DNA of 64,000 bases from an uncultured virus (IMG/VR IMGVR_UViG_3300015371_000023) (IMGVR_UViG_3300015371_000023); one strand, 5' to 3'. Counted from the stretch's first letter, positions 28,682 to 37,871 are shown. Program-made: numbers and translations. The notes: generated by a model not told the origin, from the letters alone.

Positions 28682-29829
28682 TGGGAACCTGGCGGACACT
28701 GATCGCGGAGACCATCACCGGAGTAATCGTCGCTGACGTGTCACCGCGGGACCTCCCGTCGTTCTCGCGGAAGGTCACGGACAAGGGTTCCTGGACCATC
28801 AACGTTCTGCCCGACGATCGGGACAACGCCGCCCTGGACCTGCACACCTACACCTCCGCGGGGAAATACAGCTGGCTCGTTCTCCACGACGAACAAGTCA
28901 TGCAGGGCGGACCGGTCGCGACGTACCAGTACGACGAGCACACCCGCAACCTCAGCGTCTCGGGCACGGGAATCCAGGGGCTACTCGACCGCCGGGTGCT
29001 GCGGAAGTTCGACGGGCCACCCCACAACATCGTCCACGTCAACAACGACCTGAGCTTGCAGGGCCAGACCCTCGGGGACATCGCGCTGCAAATCGTCGCC
29101 AACTCCGTCGCCGGCGACGGCTACGCCCTGCCCATCGAGATTCCCACCCCCGTGACCTCGGTCGGGCACGTCCGCAACTACCTCGGCTACGACCTGGCCA
29201 CCGTGTGGGACCGCCTCACCGACCTGGCCAAGAACGACGCCGGCCCCGAAATGGACTTCGCGCCCAGCCTCGACGACACCGGCACGTCCGTGTCCTGGGC
29301 CATGAGGGTCGCCCGGAACTCCAGCGGGCAGCTCGGCTACCCCTACGCCCCCGCAGTCTGGGACTACGGAGGCGCCCTCGGCGCCATCGACGTCGACGTC
29401 AACGGGGCCGCGTCGCCGTGCACCACGGTGTGGGCCCGCGGCAGCGGCGCGGAACGCGCGCTCATCGTCGGCTACGCCACCGACCCGACCCTGACCGGCT
29501 TGGGGTTCCCCGCCGCCGACTTCGTCGACGCCGACCACACCACCGCCGTGGAGCTGTCCACCCTCAACAACTACGCCACGGCGGACCTGGCGAAATTCGC
29601 CGCCCCCACGGAGACGTGGAAATGCGGCATCCGGATCGAGAGCACCGAACAGTCCTGGTACCCGAACGCCGTGATCGGCGGAATCGGGCTCGGTGACGCC
29701 GTCCTCTTCGGCGTGTCCCGGCACCCGTGGATCCCCGACGGACTGTACCGGCGCCGCATCGTCGGATTCAGCAGCGACACCGACGCGACCATCACCCTTG
29801 AGGTCGAATCCACCCTGGAGGTGCTGTGA
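28681..29829 (+). CDS. minor tail protein (hub/Gp37-like)
   Basis: L.DLA...GPE.DF.P motif; start ATG 28681 coupled to the previous stop. Confidence 0.78.
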   Translation: MGTWRTLIAETITGVIVADVSPRDLPSFSRKVTDKGSWTINVLPDDRDNAALDLHTYTSAGKYSWLVLHDEQVMQGGPVATYQYDEHTRNLSVSGTGIQGLLDRRVLRKFDGPPHNIVHVNNDLSLQGQTLGDIALQIVANSVAGDGYALPIEIPTPVTSVGHVRNYLGYDLATVWDRLTDLAKNDAGPEMDFAPSLDDTGTSVSWAMRVARNSSGQLGYPYAPAVWDYGGALGAIDVDVNGAASPCTTVWARGSGAERALIVGYATDPTLTGLGFPAADFVDADHTTAVELSTLNNYATADLAKFAAPTETWKCGIRIESTEQSWYPNAVIGGIGLGDAVLFGVSRHPWIPDGLYRRRIVGFSSDTDATITLEVESTLEVL

Positions 29830-30383
29830 CGCTCCCCGGGTCCGGCACCCTCGCCGAGCAGATAAACGACCTCCGTAAGCAGATCGCCGAAGCCAAGCGC
29901 GTACCAGCCGCGGGGCCGGCCTACTCGGAATCGCGGATGGTCGAGGATGTCCCGCTGGCCAGCGGCGACAACTTCGTGACCCAGTGGGCGTTCTACCGGG
30001 ACAGCGTCTTTGCCCGCCCCGGCGTCTCCGTCGATCTGGGCTGGTTCGACGAGTTCGCCGTTCCGCCCCGCTTCGTCGCCCAAACCGACGGCTACTACTC
30101 GATCCACTACCACGTCACCATCGCCGGGGCCGGCGCCGGCGACTCCCTCGCCGCCCACGTACACCAGGCCCCCGACTCGGTGGACCCGTCGATGGCGGCA
30201 GCCACAGCGAAGAGCACCGGCGCCCCCGAAGGCACCACTCTCGACGCGATCACCCCCCGCGTCTCGCTCTATGCGGGGGATTCGGTGTATTGGAGCGTCT
30301 TCACCAGCGGAACGGGGACCCTGCTTCAAGCGTCACTCGGTGTCCCATCGTCGATCCACCTCCAATACATCTCGGCGATATGA
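29826..30383 (+). CDS. minor tail protein
   Basis: Short N-terminal coiled coil followed by a beta-rich C1q-like region (F.AQTDGYYSI..V.L.AGD.V). Confidence 0.6.
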   Translation: MTLPGSGTLAEQINDLRKQIAEAKRVPAAGPAYSESRMVEDVPLASGDNFVTQWAFYRDSVFARPGVSVDLGWFDEFAVPPRFVAQTDGYYSIHYHVTIAGAGAGDSLAAHVHQAPDSVDPSMAAATAKSTGAPEGTTLDAITPRVSLYAGDSVYWSVFTSGTGTLLQASLGVPSSIHLQYISAI

Positions 30384-30763
30384 ACATCGCCGCGGAGTCT
30401 GCCAACATCAACGACGTCACGACGTGGATCAACTACGGCGTACTCGGACTCGTTGTCTTCGGGCTTCTCGTGGGCGCATTCTGGACGAAACCTTCCGTGG
30501 ACAAGCTCCTTCAGGAACGTGACCGGATCATCAAAGAAAAGGAACTCGCGGACGCCCAACGCGACGCCATGGCGCGGGTCCTCCAGGAAAAGCTGCTTCC
30601 CGTCGTCGGGGACTTCATCGCCACCACCCGCGCTCTACTCCCTGTGCTGCAGCAACTCCAGCAACTGCAGGCCATGATCCCGATCCTTCAGGAGATCATC
30701 CGAACGAACGAAGGAACGCATGCCGCCCCCGAAAAGCGGCGACGACCCAAACGTCAGCCGTGA
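30380..30763 (+). CDS. membrane protein of the lysis cassette (holin-like)
   Basis: N-terminal TM segment YGVLGLVVFGLLVGAFW followed by a coiled coil. Confidence 0.6.
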   Translation: MNIAAESANINDVTTWINYGVLGLVVFGLLVGAFWTKPSVDKLLQERDRIIKEKELADAQRDAMARVLQEKLLPVVGDFIATTRALLPVLQQLQQLQAMIPILQEIIRTNEGTHAAPEKRRRPKRQP

Positions 30764-30884
30764 ATACACCCCGGATGAAGTTCAAGCCATAACCGAGAGG
30801 GCGAGCCGGCTCCTCGATGAACTCCATGAAGTCATGAGCGAGATGGCTCGAAGGCTGAATAGCTTCGTGGGAGAAAAGCCATGA
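30720..30884 (+). CDS. 54-aa helical protein (not in ORF track)
   Basis: ATG after AAGGA; MPPPKSG..VQAITERASRLLDELHEVMSEMARRL; ATGA overlap with the next gene. Confidence 0.55.
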   Translation: MPPPKSGDDPNVSREYTPDEVQAITERASRLLDELHEVMSEMARRLNSFVGEKP

Positions 30885-31057
30885 AATGGAATCGGCGATT
30901 CATGGAGCGGAACGCAGGTCCTAGCCGGACAGCTTCGCAGGATGCCGAGGTTGCCCGACTCACGGCACGTGCAGACCTCATCCTCGAAGAGCTGGACGGC
31001 GTCGTAAAGGAAATGAGCTCCATGCTCCAGTCGGCATACAGGACAGAAGAGAAATGA
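30881..31057 (+). CDS. 58-aa helical protein (not in ORF track)
   Basis: MKWNRRF..VARLTARADLILEELDGVVKEMSSML; coupled on both sides. Confidence 0.55.
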   Translation: MKWNRRFMERNAGPSRTASQDAEVARLTARADLILEELDGVVKEMSSMLQSAYRTEEK

Positions 31058-31479
31058 CTGATCCCACCCAACGGCAGGCAACTCTCGCCGCCGCACTGCG
31101 CCTGAACGAGTCCATGGAGAACCTGGGCGGCGAAATGCGCGCGCTGCGCACATACGGCAAGCAGAACCGGCACTACATCTGGGCCCTCGCCGTGTCGCTG
31201 CTCCTGGACGTCGTCCTCACCGTGGTCGTGGTCATCGTCGCCGGCCAGGCCCGCGACGCCAACAACCTCGCGACCGCGAACCGCAACTCCCAGATCGAGA
31301 CGTGCAACAGCAGCAACGTCGCGCGCCAAACCAGCCGTGAACTCTGGAACTACATCCTCGACGTGGCCGCGAAGCAGCCCGAAAACGAGACCCCGGACCG
31401 AAAGAGGCAGCTCGCCGACTTCCGGGCCTACATGGAAAAGACGTACGCGCCTAGGGACTGCGCCCAGATCGGGAAGTGA
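31054..31479 (+). CDS. single-TM lysis-cassette protein
   Basis: TM segment IWALAVSLLLDVVLTVVVVIVA; two Cys in the C-terminal part. Confidence 0.65.
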   Translation: MTDPTQRQATLAAALRLNESMENLGGEMRALRTYGKQNRHYIWALAVSLLLDVVLTVVVVIVAGQARDANNLATANRNSQIETCNSSNVARQTSRELWNYILDVAAKQPENETPDRKRQLADFRAYMEKTYAPRDCAQIGK

Positions 31480-31484
31480 GAGTC

Positions 31485-32285
31485 ATGGCGGTCTCCCAAA
31501 ACGGCTACTCAGCCAACGACATCAACGCCACCAGCACCCGCCAGATCCCGGGCACCTCACGCAAGGTCCGAGTCCGAAAAGGACCCGCGGGAGACTTGCT
31601 GCTGTGGGTCGCCGCTCAGTTTGACGCCCGCGTAGAGGACATCGACCCCGGCCAGCTCGACGACTGGGGCTACGCCGAACGTCCCATCCGTGGCGGAACC
31701 CAGCTGTCCAACCACAGCTCCGGCACAGCCATCGACCTCAACGCCACCCGCCACCCACTCGGCACCCCGCCGCTGGCCAGCTTCAGCGCCACCCAGGTCG
31801 CCACCATCCGCGCCATCATCCGCGCCACCAATGGCTGTGTTCGCTGGGGCGGGGACTACAGCGGCCGGACCGATCCCATGCACTTCGAGATCGTCGCGTC
31901 AGAGAGCCGCTGCGCCGACGTCCTCATGCACCTGACCGCCGCCCGGAAGCCGTCACCCCCCAAGGAGGAAGAGATGGCCGGCCACTTCATCGATCACGAA
32001 TACCCCGCCAGCGACAGCCGCCAGTATCACCACCGTGCCATCCAGACCTCTGTGGACAGTGCCGTGGTGATGGGTGGCACGTGGTTCGAGCTGTCCGCCG
32101 GTTACCACGACATTGAGGATCTCAACCTGTACTTCAACAAGATCCAGGCGCCGATCCACATGGACAAGATCACCAAGGACCAGCCTTACCAATGGAAGGT
32201 CCCCGAAGTCTGCGACAGCATCAGCTTCGATTACGTGTGCACCGGCCCGTCCTCGTCGCTGATGATCTACGGGAGCAAGCAGTGA
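31485..32285 (+). CDS. endolysin, M15-family Zn peptidase
   Basis: SQNGY, DDWGYA.R, SNHSSGTAIDLNA..HP, WGGDY..DPMHFE. Confidence 0.9.
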   Translation: MAVSQNGYSANDINATSTRQIPGTSRKVRVRKGPAGDLLLWVAAQFDARVEDIDPGQLDDWGYAERPIRGGTQLSNHSSGTAIDLNATRHPLGTPPLASFSATQVATIRAIIRATNGCVRWGGDYSGRTDPMHFEIVASESRCADVLMHLTAARKPSPPKEEEMAGHFIDHEYPASDSRQYHHRAIQTSVDSAVVMGGTWFELSAGYHDIEDLNLYFNKIQAPIHMDKITKDQPYQWKVPEVCDSISFDYVCTGPSSSLMIYGSKQ

Positions 32286-32614
32286 TGTACGCGAAGGCGG
32301 CCGCCGCGATCCTGGCCGCGGGTGCCTCAGCCGTCGTCGCCGCGCTCACCGGCGACCAGACCATCGACAGCGTGGAGTGGATCAACATCCTGACCGCGAT
32401 CGCCGCCGCCCTCGCGGTGTTCGCCGCACCCAACGTGCCCGGCGCGTCGGTGACCAAGTTCATCGTCGCCGCCATCATGGCCGGCCTCACCGCCGCAGCG
32501 AACCTCGTCACCGACGCGGGCCCGACCCCGTGGTGGCAGCTCGTCACCGCCGGCCTCGGCGCGGCCCTGGTGTACGCGGTCCGGAACACGGCAGAGCTTC
32601 GACCGGCAGCCTGA
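32285..32614 (+). CDS. holin
   Basis: Four hydrophobic segments in a two-fold repeat ending (A)PN / VRN; coupled to the endolysin. Confidence 0.75.
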   Translation: MYAKAAAAILAAGASAVVAALTGDQTIDSVEWINILTAIAAALAVFAAPNVPGASVTKFIVAAIMAGLTAAANLVTDAGPTPWWQLVTAGLGAALVYAVRNTAELRPAA

Positions 32615-32968
32615 ACAGCACTGGCAGACACCCTGCTTCCTGTTGCTCCCACCGCGCCTGTTGCGTCCGCGCTTTACCGGGCGTCGGGGATGCCCGATTT
32701 GAATCATCCACCACCGGACGGCACCGAAGGCGACGCCGAGCTCTTCTCCGATGTCCCTCAGACTCCAGCCCAGGGCGTACAGCTCGACTGCGGCCCACAC
32801 AGCGAAAGAGTTGTGCTGGCATTGGGGTACGTAGAGCTGGTAGTCCTCCGGGCGGAGGGTTCTCCCTAGCCAGTCGACGTCAACCCGGCGGTCTTGCATT
32901 GCCGCACGAACGGCGATCTCCTCACCAATCGTTGGCCACACAATGCGCCGGCTTACGTTTCGTTTCAT
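32327..32968 (-). CDS. putative HTH protein (C-terminal extent uncertain; frame stays open antisense through the holin)
   Basis: ATG 32968 after AAGGGG; LYALGWSLRDIGEELGVAFGAVRWWM HTH-like segment. Confidence 0.45.
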   Translation of the reverse strand: MKRNVSRRIVWPTIGEEIAVRAAMQDRRVDVDWLGRTLRPEDYQLYVPQCQHNSFAVWAAVELYALGWSLRDIGEELGVAFGAVRWWMIQIGHPRRPVKRGRNRRGGSNRKQGVCQCCSGCRSKLCRVPDRVHQGRAEAGGDELPPRGRARVGDEVRCGGEAGHDGGDDELGHRRAGHVGCGEHREGGGDRGQDVDPLHAVDGLVAGERGDDG

Positions 32969-33020
32969 GAGCCCCTTGTTCACCTGAGACGGGCCGGCCT
33001 CCCCCCAGGCCGGCCCACCC

Positions 33021-33075
33021 AGAGCCCCCCGCCGCTCCCCGGTACTCGATCCCGGGTTGAGCGGCGGGGGGCTCT
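33021..33075. terminator. long GC hairpin
   Basis: AGAGCCCCCCGCCGCTC ... GAGCGGCGGGGGGCTCT inverted repeat. Confidence 0.6.
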
Positions 33076-33187
33076 CCTCGCGTTCAGGAAGCCCGCCGGT
33101 CCTACTATCCACCCGTCGTGACCCAGTCATCGCCCAGGTCACCGACGATCTCCCCGTCCTTCCGCGGTCCTATCGCCATCACTCCGA

Positions 33188-33835
33188 TCACCTCCATTCC
33201 TGACCAGTGTCGTCGTCACCCGGGTTGAGCGGCGGGGGCCCTTGGCTTGCCGCCATCTCCGCCGCCGCGATTGGCCTAAAACGATCCATAAGCGCGACCA
33301 TTAATTCGGGGTCAATCCTTGCCGTTCCTCTGGCTCTCATTTCGACGCCCGAGGCCCGCAGTCGAAAGCCGACGACATCCGCAGATATGCCACCCCACAA
33401 GGTTCCGATAGCATGCCTAGGAAGACCTGCGTTGTGTGCCTCGACCATGCCCGTCGTCGCACGCTTGTCCAGCGTCGGATGCCGGAAAAGTCCACTAGCT
33501 ATTTCCCGTGCCGCGACGACACGATACTCATCAATGACAGCTGGCGGCGGGGCCGGCTGGTAGTTCTCCAACCTCATCGTCACTCCTGCTTGTTGCAGCT
33601 TGCTGCGCACAGTGGACGGTGCCATGCCGCCCCACAGGATGCCGATCTTTCTCGGCGACAAACCAGCTTCGTAAGCTGCAATCATACCTTCAGTTGCGGG
33701 CGCACGCCGCCGACGCCTCGTTCGCCGGGGCTTTTCTGTTTCGTCGTCTCTAGCTTTGGGTCCGAGCCGCTGAATGGCGCCAATCAGGTCGTCAACTGTA
33801 CATGCGGCGGCTCGTGCGGGGACATCTAGGCTCAT
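33188..33835 (-). CDS. protein with two tandem HTH repeats
   Basis: YEAGLSPRKIG.LWGGMAPSTVRSKLQQAGVTMR and HNAGLPRHAIG.LWGGISADVVGFRLRASGVEMR. Confidence 0.7.
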   Translation of the reverse strand: MSLDVPARAAACTVDDLIGAIQRLGPKARDDETEKPRRTRRRRRAPATEGMIAAYEAGLSPRKIGILWGGMAPSTVRSKLQQAGVTMRLENYQPAPPPAVIDEYRVVAAREIASGLFRHPTLDKRATTGMVEAHNAGLPRHAIGTLWGGISADVVGFRLRASGVEMRARGTARIDPELMVALMDRFRPIAAAEMAASQGPPPLNPGDDDTGQEWR

Positions 33836-33895
33836 TAATAGCCTGCGCGCTTCCTCAGGTGGATGGGATGGATGCGTGAATCAGTGAATCAACTG

Positions 33896-33967
33896 CTACC
33901 CCGCCAGGGCTCGAACCTGAACCGACAGGACCAAAGCCTGCCGTGCTGCCAATTACACCACGGGGTA
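33896..33967 (-). tRNA. tRNA-Gln(UUG)
   Basis: Minus strand folds into a cloverleaf: acceptor TACCCCG/CGGGGTA, anticodon loop CTTTGGT, T loop TTCGAGC; no encoded CCA. Confidence 0.9.
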
Positions 33968-34144
33968 TCACTCCGGGCGAAAATGGAAAAACAGCCCGAA
34001 GCTTTCGCTGCACAACTATGTTTCCTCTTCGGGTGAATCAGTCAACGGGTTACCCTCCACTTTGACTGACTGCCACGCAGGGACATTGTCTCGCGGGGAA
34101 GAAAGCCCCAACCTATTATTGTGCAGCTACAAATCTGTGGGTAC

Positions 34145-34585
34145 CTATAGGCCGACGATACCGGCCCGCGCGTCTGCCGGTTCTTCAGGGGTCCAAACCT
34201 CGTGGTGTACCACGTAGTTGGTGGCGTCGATGGCCGCGATCGTCCCCTCGACGTCAGCCTGAAGAGCCCCCGGACAGGGCAGCCAGTCAACGAAGGTGCC
34301 CAGCTTGTCCGTCAAGAGGCGGTAGACGGTGGTGTGTTTGATCAGCACCGTCCACGCCTCCGCGACGTCCCAGCACGGAACCAGGGCGTGCGGCAGCTGC
34401 TGCCAGCGGCCCTCGGAGGCGATCGCCGCCGCCGTCGCCACCAGCGCGATCGCCTGGTCTACGACGAGGCCGGCGGGCTTGAGGGTGCTGCCGCGCCGTC
34501 GTGCGTCGTAGTCCTGGACAATAGCCTGGTAGTCGCTCGCCGGTATGAGGGCGAACGCTGCCTTGCGGTCCAGCTGCCGTCCCAT
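34145..34585 (-). CDS. GRDP-like hypothetical protein, copy A
   Basis: DQAIALV..LVPC.DVAEAW..LI.HT.VY..L...G.FVD..P resembles the PS..VD..WH..IL.T..Y..G.FIHH.P family. Confidence 0.5.
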   Translation of the reverse strand: MGRQLDRKAAFALIPASDYQAIVQDYDARRRGSTLKPAGLVVDQAIALVATAAAIASEGRWQQLPHALVPCWDVAEAWTVLIKHTTVYRLLTDKLGTFVDWLPCPGALQADVEGTIAAIDATNYVVHHEVWTPEEPADARAGIVGL

Positions 34586-34613
34586 GTGGCTCCTTCTGTC
34601 AGCTCCCGCAGTG

Positions 34614-35618
34614 TTAGGGGGAGACCTGCTTGACGATCAGCGTGTCCATCTTGATGCTGCCTTTCGGGATGATCCCCTGGTCCGCCATCAGGTCTGGTAC
34701 GCGCTGAAGGCGCCTCGCGTCGGCGGTCGAGGAGAAGCGCGGCGCAACCATCAGCTTCGCGTCCGCGTCTTCCACCTTGGCGAACTCGACGACCAAGGGT
34801 TCCCACTTGCTGCGGTCGGCTTCCGCGAGCCGTGATGCCCTCTGCATGGCGCGTTGGAACGCGGCCATGGTGGTCGGGTTCTGCTCTGTCCACTTTGTTG
34901 TGGCGACGTACCCGAGGATCGGGAAGTCGTCTGTGCTCGTTCCCCGAGCCGCAACATCGATGACCGGCGTCGCGCCGACCGTTCGAGCCGCTTTGTGTAT
35001 GAACGGCTCCGGTTGGTAGGCGGCATCGATCTGGTTGTTTTGCAGTGCCGCCGCCATGTCGGACAGCCCCAGCTGAATCCACGTGACCTGGTGGTAGTCC
35101 TTGCCGTGAGCAGCCATCACAGCCTGGGTCAAGAGCTGGGATGTCGAGTTGGCCGACGTGATGGCGATCCTCTTACCCGGCAAGTCGTTGACCGATTTCA
35201 CCGGAGAGTTCGGGACGGTGATCAACACGTTGCTGTTGGGGTTCGCCGCCGTGCCGTCGGCAACGATCCGAAGGTCCTCCCCTTTCTTTACCGCGATGAC
35301 GAACGGCGGGTACGTCAGCTCCGCCAGGTCGGCCTCTCCGGAGATCACCTTGGACCGCGAGATGTTGGGGTTCTCCGCGAGGGTGGTCTTCACGTCGAGG
35401 CCCTCATCCCGGAAGAAGCCCAGCTTCTGCGCCATCCAGTACGGCGCGGCATCCACTGACGGTTGGATGGCTACCGTCAGCGACGTTCTCTCCAGCCCGC
35501 CGGGGCCGGGTTTCGCCGGCTCATCGCCGGAGTCTCCAAGGGCAGAACACGCACCGCTGAGGCTCACGATGGCCGCGAAAGCTATATAGGGCAACATTTT
35601 CCAACGTCTGCCAGACAT
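34614..35618 (-). CDS. ABC transporter substrate-binding lipoprotein (NitT/TauT/SsuA-like)
   Basis: Lipobox LSGAC; GFFRDEGLDV, DL.GKRIA, IDAAYQPEP. Confidence 0.9.
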   Translation of the reverse strand: MSGRRWKMLPYIAFAAIVSLSGACSALGDSGDEPAKPGPGGLERTSLTVAIQPSVDAAPYWMAQKLGFFRDEGLDVKTTLAENPNISRSKVISGEADLAELTYPPFVIAVKKGEDLRIVADGTAANPNSNVLITVPNSPVKSVNDLPGKRIAITSANSTSQLLTQAVMAAHGKDYHQVTWIQLGLSDMAAALQNNQIDAAYQPEPFIHKAARTVGATPVIDVAARGTSTDDFPILGYVATTKWTEQNPTTMAAFQRAMQRASRLAEADRSKWEPLVVEFAKVEDADAKLMVAPRFSSTADARRLQRVPDLMADQGIIPKGSIKMDTLIVKQVSP

Positions 35619-35678
35619 ATTTCTGCCTTCTTTCCTTCGGTGGGGATGGGAGTGTGAGCGAACCCCGGCCGTGTTACC

Positions 35679-36158
35679 TCAAGCCGGGCGGAGCACCTCC
35701 GGCCTCCGATTTCTCGCCGCCGGAGACAGAAGATGAGACTTCACCAAGGCAACCGCACCGGCCCCCGGCCGGCCGTGCCAGGCATACCGGTCGATCATGA
35801 ACCCGTGTTCTTGGATCACCTCGGAGGTACGGACCAGCTGCCCCGGCTCGGCCGGGTCGATCATCGGGATTCTGTCCACGTACACTCCGGCAACGACAGC
35901 GAGTTTGCTGTACAGCAACGGGTCCGACCGCCAGACCTGCCACGCCTGGTCCACGGGGACGCTGACCCAAAGGTTCTCCCGCCGAGCCGTGGATGCGGCG
36001 GCGGCAGTCATGACCAACGCGATGGCCTGGTCGAGGAAGGTCTCCGCGTCATGCTCCGCGGTGTCGTAGATGCCGCAGATCTTCGAGACGGTGTCCGCGA
36101 AGTCCGCCGGGTCCATCAGCGACCGGCCGGTTCTCTCTTCTCGCGTCGCGGTGATCAT
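35679..36158 (-). CDS. GRDP-like hypothetical protein, copy B
   Basis: TGRSL.DP..F, FLDQAIALV..VS.PVDQAW..DP.LY..G.YVD..P; shares DQAIALV with copy A. Confidence 0.55.
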   Translation of the reverse strand: MITATREERTGRSLMDPADFADTVSKICGIYDTAEHDAETFLDQAIALVMTAAAASTARRENLWVSVPVDQAWQVWRSDPLLYSKLAVVAGVYVDRIPMIDPAEPGQLVRTSEVIQEHGFMIDRYAWHGRPGAGAVALVKSHLLSPAARNRRPEVLRPA

Positions 36159-36175
36159 GGTGCCGTCCTTCGGGG

Positions 36176-36379
36176 TTAGAGCTGCGTCACGATGGACGCG
36201 AGGATCAGGAGCACCAGGCCGGCGAGGACCACCACGATGCAGTGGCCAGGGCGCCGCCGGCACTCCATGAGGTGCTTTTGCAAATCAGCGGTGGTCTGGA
36301 ACTCGGAGGGGGCGGGCTCCGGGTCCAACTCGGGTCCCGGAGCCCGCCTGTGGCGGCCTGAAAGGGGATATCTCATCAC
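36176..36379 (-). CDS. small protein with a C-terminal TM segment
   Basis: CIVVVLAGLVLLILASIV. Confidence 0.45.
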   Translation of the reverse strand: MMRYPLSGRHRRAPGPELDPEPAPSEFQTTADLQKHLMECRRRPGHCIVVVLAGLVLLILASIVTQL

Positions 36380-36394
36380 TCAGGTTTGCCGCGG

Positions 36395-36691
36395 TCAGCT
36401 TTTTCGTTGCTGCTCACGTACCTTCAGCATGTAGTGGATGGAGTGCATCAACTGATCGCCCGAAGGTGGCCGTTCCGGGTTCACGGCCACGGTCATCTCC
36501 TCGTCCGCGAACCGCTCGAACTCGACCGGCACGCCATTTTGTTCGCAGACCAAAGTAACGCCCTCGCGCCAAACCTCGGCGGATTGGCCGTCCAGCTCGG
36601 ACCACTCGTCCGGCCTGACAGCCCACTTGCCTTGAACGATCGTGGCCGCGACTTCAACGGCGGACTGAGTGAGAGGCGGCAGATCGGCCAT
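36395..36691 (-). CDS. hypothetical protein
   Basis: ATG after AAGGGA; 98 aa. Confidence 0.6.
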   Translation of the reverse strand: MADLPPLTQSAVEVAATIVQGKWAVRPDEWSELDGQSAEVWREGVTLVCEQNGVPVEFERFADEEMTVAVNPERPPSGDQLMHSIHYMLKVREQQRKS

Positions 36692-36713
36692 GTCGGTCGA
36701 CTTCCCTTCAGGC

Positions 36714-36908
36714 TCAGGCGATGCCGGTGAGGAACAGCGCGAACGTCTTCTGGCTGACGTCGATCACCGAACCCGGCTGCTTGGTGTCGTGGATGGCGAC
36801 CCGACCGTCCGCGGATCCGATGTTGACGCAGTTGTCGTGGTCGTCCTTGGTGCACCGCGACGCTCCGCGGAACTTGACGCTGCCGTCGAACCATTTCTTG
36901 CCGATCAC
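36714..36908 (-). CDS. DUF397 (BldB-like) protein
   Basis: FR.ASRC....NCV.IG...G.VAIHDTK.PG..F..FL.GI; GTG start after AGGAG. Confidence 0.8.
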   Translation of the reverse strand: MIGKKWFDGSVKFRGASRCTKDDHDNCVNIGSADGRVAIHDTKQPGSVIDVSQKTFALFLTGIA

Positions 36909-37201
36909 GATCTCTCCTTTTCGGTCGACGCAGGGATTCCTGCGTCCCTGTCGAACTCGCCTTTGTGGACTCCGTCCACCCAGGCCTTCCACTCGTCGGG
37001 GGTGAAAGCCATATACGTGCCGCTTCCGCGCAGCAGCGTGTACTCGTCACCCAGGAACTTGACCTTGGCGATCTGCACGCGGTCTTCCGGCGGGCCGTAC
37101 GTCTGCCAGCCGGCCACCTCTGAGGAGGCGAGGTCCGCAACGGCACGGATCAACGCGGTCGCGTCGGAAAGCTGCTCGGAGTTGTCGTCGGGCAAAGTCA
37201 T
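36905..37201 (-). CDS. DUF397 (BldB-like) protein
   Basis: WQ......VQIA..Y.LLR..FTPDEWKAWVDGVHKGEFD. Confidence 0.75.
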   Translation of the reverse strand: MTLPDDNSEQLSDATALIRAVADLASSEVAGWQTYGPPEDRVQIAKVKFLGDEYTLLRGSGTYMAFTPDEWKAWVDGVHKGEFDRDAGIPASTEKERS

Positions 37202-37348
37202 CCCTTCGCTGGTGTGGAGCCCGGCCCGTCGCCTGAGGGGTGGACTGAGTAGTTCGGCGACGGGCCGGGGATTAACGCGTGCGCACCGCCAGTAACCGCA
37301 CGCGAACTTGAGGGGGCCCCGTCCCCGCCGCCGACCCGGAAAGGGATT

Positions 37349-37701
37349 TCAGGGGGTGGCAGACGGGGACGGGGGTTCGTGCACACCGGCCTCTGGCGGG
37401 ACCGGTGACACAGGCTCAGCGTCTTCGCAGGTGTCCTCGTAGACGATGGCGAAGCCGCCGCGGGATACATGAGCCACGATGGGCGTAATGCCGTGCGACC
37501 TCAGGCAGTCCAGGACACCCGCGAACTCCTCGGCGAGCCGCTGGCGGTACTGCCTCTCGATCAGGGCCTGCGAGTCCTCGTCGGAGATGGCGGTAGGCGG
37601 CGGCTCGACGCGCGGCAACACGCTGAGCTCGGGCCGTCCGGAGCCATCCGGAGCACCCGGTACAAGTTGGAGTCCAGGGCCGTCGGTCGGTCGGTGCATC
37701 A
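37349..37701 (-). CDS. hypothetical protein (start uncertain)
   Basis: Coding-like C-terminal half (RQRLAEEFAGVLDCLRSHG); overlaps the 37416-37871 frame. Confidence 0.4.
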
Positions 37702-37871
37702 TCAGGATCTCCCCAGACGAGGTCGCCGCAAGCAGCGCGGAAGAGGCGACCGATTTCGTAGGACCCGCGAGGCATGAAATGCCAGAACCAGGGCGGAGCA
37801 CCCTTGGGTGTTCGCGGGGAACGCAGCCAGATGCCCGGCGCGATTGGGCGGAAGCGCTCAGTAGGAGTCAC
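37416..37871 (-). CDS. putative zinc-finger protein
   Basis: WH..AACG..CTGC motif in the N-terminal half. Confidence 0.45.
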   Translation of the reverse strand: MTPTERFRPIAPGIWLRSPRTPKGAPPWFWHFMPRGSYEIGRLFRAACGDLVWGDPDDAPTDRRPWTPTCTGCSGWLRTARAQRVAARRAAAYRHLRRGLAGPDREAVPPAARRGVRGCPGLPEVARHYAHRGSCIPRRLRHRLRGHLRRR

